Shown here: positions 11,901 to 21,043 of the stretch, piece after piece
Layout: each line of letters begins with the position of its first letter
Numbering within the stretch: the stretch's first letter is position 1
Assembly (NCBI GenBank): GCA_963737635.1
Contig: CAVTTL010000001.1
Span: forward strand, 1,440,001 to 1,504,000
Source of the DNA: an uncultured Methanoregulaceae archaeon
GTDB lineage: Archaea > Halobacteriota > Methanomicrobia > Methanomicrobiales > Methanospirillaceae
DNA: 64,000 bases
Direction of reading: 5' to 3'
Notes under the pieces: model-generated
Told to the model about the DNA's origin: nothing
What the model saw: the letters and a program-made list of their open reading frames with translations, nothing else
Database searches by the model: none
Made by a program: the position numbers and the translations under genes

Positions 11901-12518
11901 TTTAATTGCAATAGTCGCTGCTGCCTGTGCTATCTCTGCATGTAATTCCGCTCGTTTAGATACATCATTAATTGCGCCTACGAGGTCCTGGACTTGGAAA
12001 AGAAGCGCAATATTGTCGCTTTGAACGGTCCATTTGGTGATTCTGGATGCAGATTCGATAATACAATCTGACCGGTATTTCCTGAAAGAAATTTTATTCA
12101 GAACTACCAAACCGAGTTCAATATTTGCCTGTCTTGATTCGGAAATGCCTGCTGATATGAGTTCCTGAACAATAAAAACAACTATCTTCGATTGCAAACT
12201 TTTTTTCCCCAGTTTTTCCGAGAGGACAAAAAGAACATCAAACCATTTCTCATTTCCAGTCTCAATATAATGTTTTAAAACCAAAGAGAAAAGATCTTCA
12301 GCGCTTTCCGGTGGAATGGTACGAATTGCCACCAGCGATTCAGGAGTATTATTCTGAAATGCGAACTCAACGATGACCGAATTTATGGTCATTTGTACTA
12401 ATGCCCGGGCTTTTTTCTCTTTAAAACATGATGAATCGGTCACAATTGAACCAATTCCTTCCCAGTCTTTCATTACGAGTGCCTGTCGTATTTTTTCACT
12501 GACTGGTAAGGATATCAT
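8960..12518 (-). CDS. Very large (~1,190 aa) alpha-helical repeat (TPR/HEAT-like) protein, split by a 1-bp insertion near 11580
   Basis: Removing one A in AAGAAAAGCTGA reads LKKAERSGEPWYLKTAMNLLED and joins ORFs 11574..12518 and 8960..11539; recurring I-x-D/S-P-x-x-R-x-x-x-L-x-x-I repeats. Confidence 0.7.
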
Positions 12519-12713
12519 GAAACAAAGTTTTCATTAACTCAAATAGTATATATTTTTTGTGTTTTTGAAAAAATCCTGAAATACTTCCATTTTCGGAATT
12601 ATATGGAAATTTCAGCAAAATTCACGGTTAAATGAGTAGCATTTCAATTTTTTTATCTATTTAAATTTCCATTAACAATTTTTTATATTTATGGCATCAA
12701 AAAAATTACCCTA

Positions 12714-14089
12714 TTAATGGGACAGATTTCCAAGTATTTCAGAAACCGATTCTTTTATTTCCTCATAAAAGGCGAGACCTGTTTTATGATCATCAGAGTC
12801 TACCATGATGCGAATAAGCGGTTCTGTCCCGGAAGCCGGATTAACGCCCATGCATTTTCCTTTTTAATTTTCAAACCATCGATTTGGTCAATAGAATCAT
12901 TTGCATATTTTTTATCAAGCTCTTCAATGAGCTCGTGTCCATAGGATGTCGATAATTTCTCTTTTATCATATGCCGTTTCGGCAATTGTCCGATAAGAGA
13001 TGACAGATTCTGGCCTGTGGTTGCGAGAATCGAGACCATGGTGGCAGCGGCCATCCCCCCATCACGGCAGAACTGGTGATTCGGGAAGATCAGACCCCCA
13101 TTCCCCTCACCACCGAATATTACCTTATTCCCGGATTCTTCAAGTTCACGCATGGTTCTGGCGACATAAATGCTTCCAACCGGAGTGTATTGAACAGTAC
13201 ATCCCGCTTTATTGGCCACCATTTCAACTAACAGGGAGGTACTTACCGGTGTGACAATTGTCCCCGTTGCGTTCCTGCATATATATTGTATAACCAGCGC
13301 AAATTCCTGGTTTTCTTCCACAAAGACCCCTTTGTCATCAATAAAAACGGCCCGGTCAGCATCCCCGTCGTGAGCTACGCCGAATGCAGCGTTATTTGCC
13401 AAAACCAGTGCTGCAAGCCCTTTGAGACCATCCGGGGAAGGTTCCGGCAGACGTCCCGGAAACGTTCCGTCCATAATCCCGTTGATGGTCAGTACCCTGC
13501 ACCCCAGCGCCTGCAAAATTGCCGGCGTTGTCTGGCATGCCGGACCGGAGCCCGGATCAACTACGACGGTCATTCCGTTCCCGGGTTTTTCTGGAAACTG
13601 GCTGGCAATTGCATGTATATACTCTTCGATAAGGTGGAATGCTACAATTTCCAATCCAACCTGATCCCACGGTTTGACCGGTAATGAACGATCTGATAGA
13701 AGGCCCTCGAGATTGACAGTTTCTTCATCTCCCATCTCTGTCCCGTCCGGTTCGATAATTTTCACCCCATTATATTCCGGGGGATTGTGAGACGCCGTGA
13801 TCATCGCCCCTCCGTCATAGTGTTCTTTTACAATGTACTGAAGTGCCGGAGTCGGAAGCACTCCGCACTCGATAACATCGCAACCGGTAGCAAGAAGGCC
13901 TGCTTTGAGCGCACTGATAAGAACTGGTCCAGTAGTACGGGTATCGCGGCCGACTGCAATGCGCCCTGGCCTCATAGTGCCAAGCGCTTTGCCTATATGA
14001 AGCGCAAGCTCCGGGGTCATCTCTTTTCCTGCTATTCCCCTTACGCCATTTGTCCCGAACAGCTGTTTTTTAATCTTCTTTATTGCCAT
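12714..14089 (-). CDS. glmM: Phosphoglucosamine mutase / phosphohexomutase (frameshift near 12836)
   Basis: FGTNGVRG, TASHNP, DGDADR and GGEGNGG; the shifted frame gives IRASGTEPLIRI to TAA at 12714. Confidence 0.88.
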
Positions 14090-14119
14090 TTTCGTTAAGA
14101 TCTATCGGTTTTTTTTATT

Positions 14120-14530
14120 TTAATAGTCTTTGAACTGTGAGAGGGAAGACATAACTTGATCAACTGTCGGATTTCGCAAAATACAAGTTTCAATAGATAA
14201 ATCACCTATAACGATCTTCGGGAAATCACGTGCTTTGAATCCTTCAATCACTGCAAAATCTATCCTTGTCTGTTTGAAAAAAGAAAGGATTTCATCGAGA
14301 TCAATCGTCCGGACTGTGATGACAGACTTACCGCTATCGATACCAGCCGAAATATCGGCACCATTTTCAAAAAATACGGTTGTATCCTTTCCTGCTTCCT
14401 GATGGTAGTCATGATCTCTCATATGCTTGATGACCCCCACACGTCCTTGAGATTTAAGTGCAGGGATAAGGTTCCTGATAAATGTGGTCTTTCCTGAATC
14501 CGCAAGCCCGACAACCTGGATAATTTTCAT
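14120..14530 (-). CDS. mobB: Molybdopterin-guanine dinucleotide biosynthesis protein B
   Basis: P-loop GLADSGKTT, VIKH, GKDT and IEGFK. Confidence 0.85.
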   Translation of the reverse strand: MKIIQVVGLADSGKTTFIRNLIPALKSQGRVGVIKHMRDHDYHQEAGKDTTVFFENGADISAGIDSGKSVITVRTIDLDEILSFFKQTRIDFAVIEGFKARDFPKIVIGDLSIETCILRNPTVDQVMSSLSQFKDY

Positions 14531-14537
14531 ATTTTTA

Positions 14538-15311
14538 TCATTTCCCCTGCTTATCGGATAGGTTCGCTTTATCCACATGCATATTATTTTCCGCCGAACC
14601 GGATTTACCTGTTGATATGGCCGGTCTAGGAGATTCTATATGTGAAGATTCCGATGAAGGGGATATTTCGTCAGGATCGGGATTCTGAAGAAGATTGTGT
14701 GCTTTTTCTGCTGAGATATCCAGCTTATCTTCGAAAGGAGAATTGAGACCCGGGGATCGTTCTTCTTCATTGAATTGTTTTGAAGAGGTTGTTTCATCTA
14801 TTGTGTTGTTCTCTGTCCTTGTCGTAAGTATTGTTTTTGCTGTCTCACCAACACTTCGCATCACCCGGGTGATGCGGTCTTCGATATCGATCTCTTCGTC
14901 AATATCAATAGTTGTCCCCTCAACTTCCAATAAAAAGCGCGATACCTCGCTTGCTTCAAAAAGAAGATCATCGAGTTCATCGGTCGTAAAAAATCCACAC
15001 ATCGCGCCATAGAAAAAGGTAGCACTTGCTTTTCGTACCTTCTTCTTAAATGAATGGCGTGCCTGATTAACAGCCTGAGGTGAATAGGTATCTTCCATAA
15101 ATGGAACGAGTTCCGGTAAGTGTTTTCCGATAAAAGTCATTTCTGCACCACCGGATGTTCGGAAATCTGTGCATAAGCGGGCAAGTGCCCATTCTCTAGC
15201 TGTTATATATGTGCGTTTGCGCAGGAATTGGTTGACTTTACGATATGTAGCGCCATCGACTTTTTTAAATTTTTTATATTTGTTAAGTTCATTTTGGCTA
15301 TGATCGTCCAT
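14538..15311 (-). CDS. Conserved euryarchaeal protein (DUF5806-like) with disordered acidic C-tail
   Basis: KFKKVDGATYRKVNQFLRKRTYITAREWALARLC...LPELVPFM, recognised from memory as a haloarchaeal/methanomicrobial family. Confidence 0.65.
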   Translation of the reverse strand: MDDHSQNELNKYKKFKKVDGATYRKVNQFLRKRTYITAREWALARLCTDFRTSGGAEMTFIGKHLPELVPFMEDTYSPQAVNQARHSFKKKVRKASATFFYGAMCGFFTTDELDDLLFEASEVSRFLLEVEGTTIDIDEEIDIEDRITRVMRSVGETAKTILTTRTENNTIDETTSSKQFNEEERSPGLNSPFEDKLDISAEKAHNLLQNPDPDEISPSSESSHIESPRPAISTGKSGSAENNMHVDKANLSDKQGK

Positions 15312-15370
15312 GAAAACCTCTCTTTACTGTGGATATTGACGAAGAAAACGACTCCAGTTATAATTAGTCC

Positions 15371-15398
15371 CTTTTGTATATAGCGGTATATGGTTTAT
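15371..15398 (+). repeat. 28-bp dispersed motif, copy 1 (CTTTTGTATATAGCGGTATATGGTTTAT)
   Basis: 23/28 identical to copy 2 and to copy 3. Confidence 0.75.
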
Positions 15399-15502
15399 GC
15401 ATTAAGAAATCAACCTATATCCACAACGAAAGACGATTATTTCGATTAATATTTCTGAGTCTAGCAAAAGAGTCCTGACGAATCTATGGAAAATGAACTT
15501 CT

Positions 15503-16516
15503 GGCTCTGTAGAAATCCTTTTTCCAAGGAATGAGTCGACTTAGTTGACCGAAAGATCTAAGGTACAGTGCCCCCTTATTTTGTTATGTTCAGTAACCAT
15601 AAGGAGGCAAAGTAATGTCGACAAACCGGTATATCAGGTTCGTTGAATTATCGTCCGGATTAATCCGGGATTCCCGAATTCCATTGTTTTCATCGAAATT
15701 CTCAAAAAGAACCTATAATCAGCACCAATTACTCACTCTTCTCCTCCTGAAAGAGTACCCGGGTGAAGATTACTGGTCCACGGTAGAGCTTACTGAGATC
15801 ATGGACTCCCTCCGGGAAAAGATCCATCTCAGTGAAGTGCCCCATTTCACGACGATCTATAAGTTCTATCAACGGATCCGATCCTCAACGTTTACCAGGT
15901 TACTCAACCGGATCATTAAGCTGTTCTACGATTGGGGCGAGAAAATCGATTGTACCGCAATCGATTTTTCCGGTTTTACGAGCTCATACGCCAGCTCTTA
16001 TTATTCCTGGAGAACCGGAAAAACACGAAAACGATTCCTGAAACTATCAATATCCGTCGATACCGATCAACAGGTGATCACCGGGTTCAAGATCTCTCAG
16101 CAACCGGTTCATGACATCCCTCACGCGGAAAAACTCCTTGTCCAATGTCATCGAACGAGGAAATCGGATATCTACGTCCTCGATAAAGGGTATGACTCGG
16201 AAGATATTCACCGGTTGATCCGGGGTGACCTGAATGCCTATTCTCTTATCCCCGTCAGAACCAGAAAACGGAAACGAATCTCCGGGTTCTACCGACGGGA
16301 ACTCAATCGCTTCTTCGATGAGGAAAAATATCATCAACGAAACAAGGTCGAAACCGTTTTTCTCAGTCCTGAAAAGAAAATTCGGGGAATCCCTGAAAGC
16401 TCGGAAATTCCAAGCACAGATCAAAGAACTCAAAATCAAATTGATTCTCTACAACATCTCTAAATTTATTCTCGCGATCTTTATTCTCATTCATTACTGA
16501 TGTTTTCTACAGAGCC
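15503..16516 (+). mobile_element. IS5-family insertion sequence (ISH1-like group), 1,014 bp
   Basis: 13-bp perfect TIRs GGCTCTGTAGAAA / TTTCTACAGAGCC; 8-bp target duplication GAACTTCT at 15495-15502 and 16517-16524. Confidence 0.92.
15615..16500 (+). CDS. DDE transposase (frameshift in T-run near 16360)
   Basis: [15 protein letters not shown] and [11 protein letters not shown]; the shifted frame continues SVLKRKFGE. Confidence 0.88.
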
Positions 16517-16672
16517 GAACTTCTTAGTGTTATTCAATTCTGATGACTGCAAAGATGGTTATTTTGACTGTTGGTTTATCCTCTGAAAAGTTTGCACGTT
16601 ACAATCAGAATTTCAGAGTCCTCATTAAAACAGGTTTTTGATCTTTTATAAGAAAAATATGTTAACAATCAG

Positions 16673-17002
16673 TTATTTGTTATTCGTTTGATTATTTTCG
16701 CCCATTATCTCCCGGATATAGTGTTTCATCCCAGTCACTGAAGTGGTATCGGTCTCTTTAGGAATGGACGATTCGCTCGAACTTTTAATATTTATAGCCT
16801 TATCACTGGTAATTTTCGGACGTGTGTTGCTATTTTGCTCTATGAAGTCTTCTAATGCCGAACGAGGTATACGCCAAGCGCGATAAGAGATTTTTGTGCC
16901 CGAAAGTCTTCCCGTTCGAAGCCATTGATGAACTGTCTTTTGGTGAACTCCAAGAATTTCTGCAACTTCTTTTGTATTGAGAAACTGAGTGTCCGTAGTC
17001 AT
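16673..17002 (-). CDS. Excisionase/HTH_17-type DNA-binding protein
   Basis: FLNTKEVAEILGVHQKTVHQWLRTGRL...WRIPRSALEDFI. Confidence 0.85.
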   Translation of the reverse strand: MTTDTQFLNTKEVAEILGVHQKTVHQWLRTGRLSGTKISYRAWRIPRSALEDFIEQNSNTRPKITSDKAINIKSSSESSIPKETDTTSVTGMKHYIREIMGENNQTNNK

Positions 17003-17252
17003 AACTTATTACCAATGATTCCCATTACTGCCCTAATAATTCTTTGGGTACTTATCTCCTTTTAATCTCCTTATTGGTATCTTTAGGGAATTTCTTCTGA
17101 CTCCTATGGACTCATGGTATTTTCCTTGTTAAAGTATGATAACTTTTCATTAGATAACTGAGAAACACATCTTTAGATCCATCGAACATTTTTGGTAATT
17201 TCTCATCAGTTTCGCTGTTCTCTTTTTTCCCAGTTTTAGGCTAAATAACCAT

Positions 17253-17280
17253 CTTTTATGTATAGCATCATATGGTTTAT
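17253..17280 (+). repeat. 28-bp dispersed motif, copy 2 (CTTTTATGTATAGCATCATATGGTTTAT)
   Basis: Direct repeat of copy 1. Confidence 0.75.
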
Positions 17281-18119
17281 AATTCAGAAAAACCCGCCAT
17301 AGAAGGGTTGAATTTTGCAAAGATTCTCGTTCATTAAGTAAAAATCAGAGTTCAACCCAATGTTGTTGTTATCCCTGCAGATCGTTCAAAATTTAAAATC
17401 TGGGATTATGTAAGTGAGATTATCAGATCTTTTATTTTCGGAGAGAATTACTCCCGATCTTTAAAGTGCAGCTATATTTGGAAAAATTAGGGAAATTTTG
17501 GAATGTATCGACGAGGATAATTTGGAATTTTTGGAAAATCCAGATTTTAGACAATGCTTTTACAATCTCTCCAGTTTGTATTGTATACCTTAAATATAGC
17601 TGATCCACATGTCACTAGGGATAGCGGGATCCCTACTGAGGCTTCTAGATGGGTGCTAATGTCTGCCACAACCATCTCAAGGAAGAAAAATCATATTTAA
17701 GGTGGAATTTCCTGTGGAATATTTTCGAAATTTTCAGATGTGGCTGTTGGCTACCTGGTCGTTCCTACAGAGATCCAAGTCTTCAAGGCAATTGGGGATT
17801 CCAATGGGGCGATCACCGAAGTAACGAAATATATAAATTCATTTCGTGCCTGAGATGTTATATTCGAAATTATCAAAAAGCTCGATAAAAAGAGTAAATG
17901 GATTTTAAAGTTTAAAGAATTGCATAGCGAATTACGATTTGGCAGAAGTCAAAATAGGCAGAGTGGGCTGATAATTAAAAATTCTTGAAAAAATTTGGTA
18001 ATGTATTAATGAAAAAGATAATGATAAAACCGAATGATGATTCCCTTTTTCGTATCGGTGTAAAAAATGGAAATTTCACTATCTCCTAAAAGCGGCAATA
18101 GTTCGTAGAGTAGTGATTT

Positions 18120-18539
18120 ATGAATGAAAAAAATTTATTGTTTCTTAAAAAAGGACTTCGTTGGACACTTTGGATTATTTGGATAATCTATGGCTTATTA
18201 AATGTTCTTGACATCATTACGACTTTTATTGGAGGGCAAATGGGTGGGTATGAGCACTCTCCACTCTTATCACCGTATATTGGAAATCCGATTCTTCTTA
18301 TTGGAATCAAAATTGTCTATTTTATCCTTCCATTTTTGTGTATTGAATCTGTGATTTTTATTCTCGATAGGTTCCCTTATAATAAAAACTATTCAACTTT
18401 TAAAAAAACGGTTTACTATGCCTTTTACTGTATTGTTTACGTGACATTTATCGTTGCATTAATTTGGATCATTTTGTTTTACTTAATAGTCCAAGATAAT
18501 AATATACAATTTATCTTATTTCATCGCTCTTTTCTGTGA
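18120..18539 (+). CDS. Small AT-rich membrane protein (DUF5658-like)
   Basis: Three hydrophobic segments; LNVLDIITT...GGYEHSP resembles the D-x-x-T-T...G-x-E-x-N-P motif. Confidence 0.55.
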   Translation: MNEKNLLFLKKGLRWTLWIIWIIYGLLNVLDIITTFIGGQMGGYEHSPLLSPYIGNPILLIGIKIVYFILPFLCIESVIFILDRFPYNKNYSTFKKTVYYAFYCIVYVTFIVALIWIILFYLIVQDNNIQFILFHRSFL

Positions 18540-19125
18540 TTAGAACATTCACGAGAGGTGAGCGACGTGACTGTAAGTGAACCGAAGTTATCGAGACAGT
18601 CAAATTCTCCACCCGTCCGGTTTGATGCGCTTGGTTTGCCAGGATGATCCTCCTCCCAAGCCAACCCGCCCGGATTGAATTACACTCTTGGAGATTCTTT
18701 CAAAACATCGTGTAGAGAATGCATTATCCACTGACGGATATTGCTCTAATTGCCTTATTGGATTTGTTGTGAAGACTTTATTAACTAAAGAGCCCCCAAG
18801 AAAGAAAATGAACTTATTAATTCAGCGGTGAGGGATACAATTATCCATAACTACGTGAGATTTGCCAATAGAACGCTTCTATGAGGCTTTGAATGCCGTG
18901 AAATGTTAAAGAAACTTAACATTGCTCTAAAAATATGCTATTGTCTGCGTTTTGAAATATTCTGTGACAAACTTATAAAATGGCGGGTCAATGAATGAAA
19001 TATAAAGGGCCACGCTCTGCCGCCGGGCCACATCTGTGTTCAATTTATAGTGTGATATCTGTTGAAGCAGAGTGAAATGCCGGGCAGAAGAACCTATTCT
19101 GCCAATCTGGAAAAATTTTTTGTAT

Positions 19126-19153
19126 TTGTCGCAGAATAGGTATTCTGCGAAGT
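19126..19153. other. Candidate dif (XerA recombination) site TTGTCGCAGAA-TAGGTA-TTCTGCGAAGT
   Basis: 11-6-11 layout with the 8 inner arm bases perfectly inverted; 240 bp upstream of xerA. Confidence 0.6.
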
Positions 19154-19338
19154 ACAGGCGTAAAATTGCAATTTGGACGTGAAACAAAGAGATTCTTGGG
19201 CATTTCCATTGAAAAAACGGTTCTAATTTTGAGAATAATCTTCCCTAAAGGTTCACCCAAATCGACCCTCCAAATTGGATTCAATATGTTCGCATATAGA
19301 CTATAGACAACATTATCATGCTTTTTTTTTGGCGTCTG

Positions 19339-19370
19339 TACGGAATATATTCTGCGCAAACCTTTATTAA
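19339..19370 (+). promoter_or_regulatory. Putative xerA promoter (BRE/TATA CGCAAAC-CTTTATTAA) overlapped by a dif-like half-site TTCTGCGCAAA
   Basis: TATA-like box about 25-30 bp before the ATG at 19394; TATTCTGCG shared with the dif candidate. Confidence 0.45.
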
Positions 19371-19393
19371 TTTGAGATAAGAATGATTAGAGC

Positions 19394-20314
19394 ATGGATA
19401 GCGGGTATTTTTCGGATTGGCTCAAAAGTTACCGGAATTACCTGCGGATGCGCAACTATTCTTCCCGGACACTTGATAGTTACGAACAGGTGATTAAGCA
19501 CTTCGGATATTATGTCTGGCTTCGCCGGCATACAGAAGTGACTAAACTTGTGTTCTTCTGGAAGGATTTCGAGAATGCCCGGCTTGATACAGGGGTAGAT
19601 GTACCTCCGACGATGGTAACCGATTTTCTCTCCTTTGTTTCAACGATGAGGACCTATAAACCTAAAACGTTTCATCGGATCATCTCGACACTTAGCTCAT
19701 TTTATCGTTTCCTGTTTACCCAAGGTGCTGTTATAATAAATCCCCTGAGTGGCATTGAACGTCCCCGCATCAAGCAACAAGAGATAAAATATCTCAAACA
19801 CAACCAGGTTCTCCGTCTGATCGATTCGATCGAGGATCCAAGGGACAAACTGATTGTAAGAACGATCTACTCCACGGGTGTCCGGGTATCTGAGCTCTGT
19901 AACATGAATATCGAAGACATCGATTTTGACGAACATACCATCCGGATTCGTGGGAAAGGGGATAAGATACGGATCGTATTCGTTGATGATGAGACACTCT
20001 CCGGAATTCTGGCTTTTATTGGTAACCGGATTGAAGGTCCCCTTTTTATCGGTCAGCAGGGCAAGCATATTTCACCGAGGGCGATTCAGCATATTTTCAA
20101 ACATTATGCCCCTCCTGGTATCACACCCCACAAGATACGTCACAGTTATGCAAGTGAGTTGTACCGGCGATCAAAGAACCTCCGTGTAGTGCAGGAGAAC
20201 CTGGGCCATACCTCCATAAAGACAACGGAAATATATCTCCATACTGATATTGACGAACGCCGGCAAGTCTACCAGCAGTTCTTCCCTCTCTCCGGCGATA
20301 ACGAAACTTCGTGA
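19394..20314 (+). CDS. xerA: Tyrosine recombinase XerA
   Basis: N-terminal SAM-like domain (YSSRTLDSY); intact R (GVRVSE), K (GKGDK), HKIRH, LGH and Y (TEIY). Confidence 0.88.
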   Translation: MDSGYFSDWLKSYRNYLRMRNYSSRTLDSYEQVIKHFGYYVWLRRHTEVTKLVFFWKDFENARLDTGVDVPPTMVTDFLSFVSTMRTYKPKTFHRIISTLSSFYRFLFTQGAVIINPLSGIERPRIKQQEIKYLKHNQVLRLIDSIEDPRDKLIVRTIYSTGVRVSELCNMNIEDIDFDEHTIRIRGKGDKIRIVFVDDETLSGILAFIGNRIEGPLFIGQQGKHISPRAIQHIFKHYAPPGITPHKIRHSYASELYRRSKNLRVVQENLGHTSIKTTEIYLHTDIDERRQVYQQFFPLSGDNETS

Positions 20315-20520
20315 CGATTTTGCTGCACTATTTGTGGACTGGGTGTCTTCTCCAGCATAAGTCCCGTTTTTTCATGAGGGAAAGATCCCGGGTGGACAAT
20401 ACGTCCTTCCCTTTACTCTTTTAGAGATTTTTTTATAATCCTCCAATTCAGTCTCTTTTTTGATATTTGGGTTTAAATCTCGGTTTTTTCACTTATCTTT
20501 GGAAGGGATATGCAGATCAT

Positions 20521-20548
20521 ATAAACCGTATAATGCTATATACTAAAT
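20521..20548 (-). repeat. 28-bp dispersed motif, copy 3 (reverse complement ATTTAGTATATAGCATTATACGGTTTAT)
   Basis: Inverted relative to copies 1 and 2; 23/28 and 22/28 identity. Confidence 0.75.
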
Positions 20549-21043
20549 CAGTCCTTTGTGCTATCAGATTTTTCGAATAGTTATTCATGCTAGGGCAGAT
20601 CTGAAGGAAATTAAGACCGTTTTCTCCCCATATTCTTCATCCATAGTCCCGGAAAGAGAGAATTTGCATCCTGTTTTCGCGTTTTGGAAAATGGTAAAAT
20701 ACTTCATTTTCATTCCGGAAAAATCCGGAATTTCCACTTTTTTCCGAAAATCAATGGGAATGATTAGGTATGTATTGCCGTCATGAACAATGTTGTTTTT
20801 TAATTTTCCCTTTCCAAAAATTTCCCATTTTTCCCAGTTATTCGAACAGGAAAACCGTTTATCATTTTTCAACGACACGGACTCTCTAGCAATACCCATA
20901 ACATCTTCATGATTCCCTGCCTCAGAACCAAAACACTCTTGCTTATTATGGATATCAATGCTTTTTTGAGATCAGAGAATGATATAACAGGGACATAGCC
21001 ACGAAATCTGAATACGGCTAGATGAGTGGTCAAGTTGTCGAGG

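Noticed and set aside
7754-12518. Casposon
   Set aside because: No family B polymerase, terminal inverted repeats or target duplication; the Cas1 catalytic residues are altered
17708-17720. ORB-like TTTCCTGTGGAAT, suggesting a replication origin
   Set aside because: Single imperfect match without a G-string, and no cdc6/orc1 in the window
19286-19313. Alternative dif candidate ATGTTCGCATA-TAGACT-ATAGACAACAT
   Set aside because: Only the outer bases are inverted; the spacer-proximal bases that define dif arms do not match
7584-21040. CRISPR array associated with cas1
   Set aside because: No regularly spaced 24-40 bp direct repeats were seen; the three 28-bp motifs are kilobases apart and one is inverted
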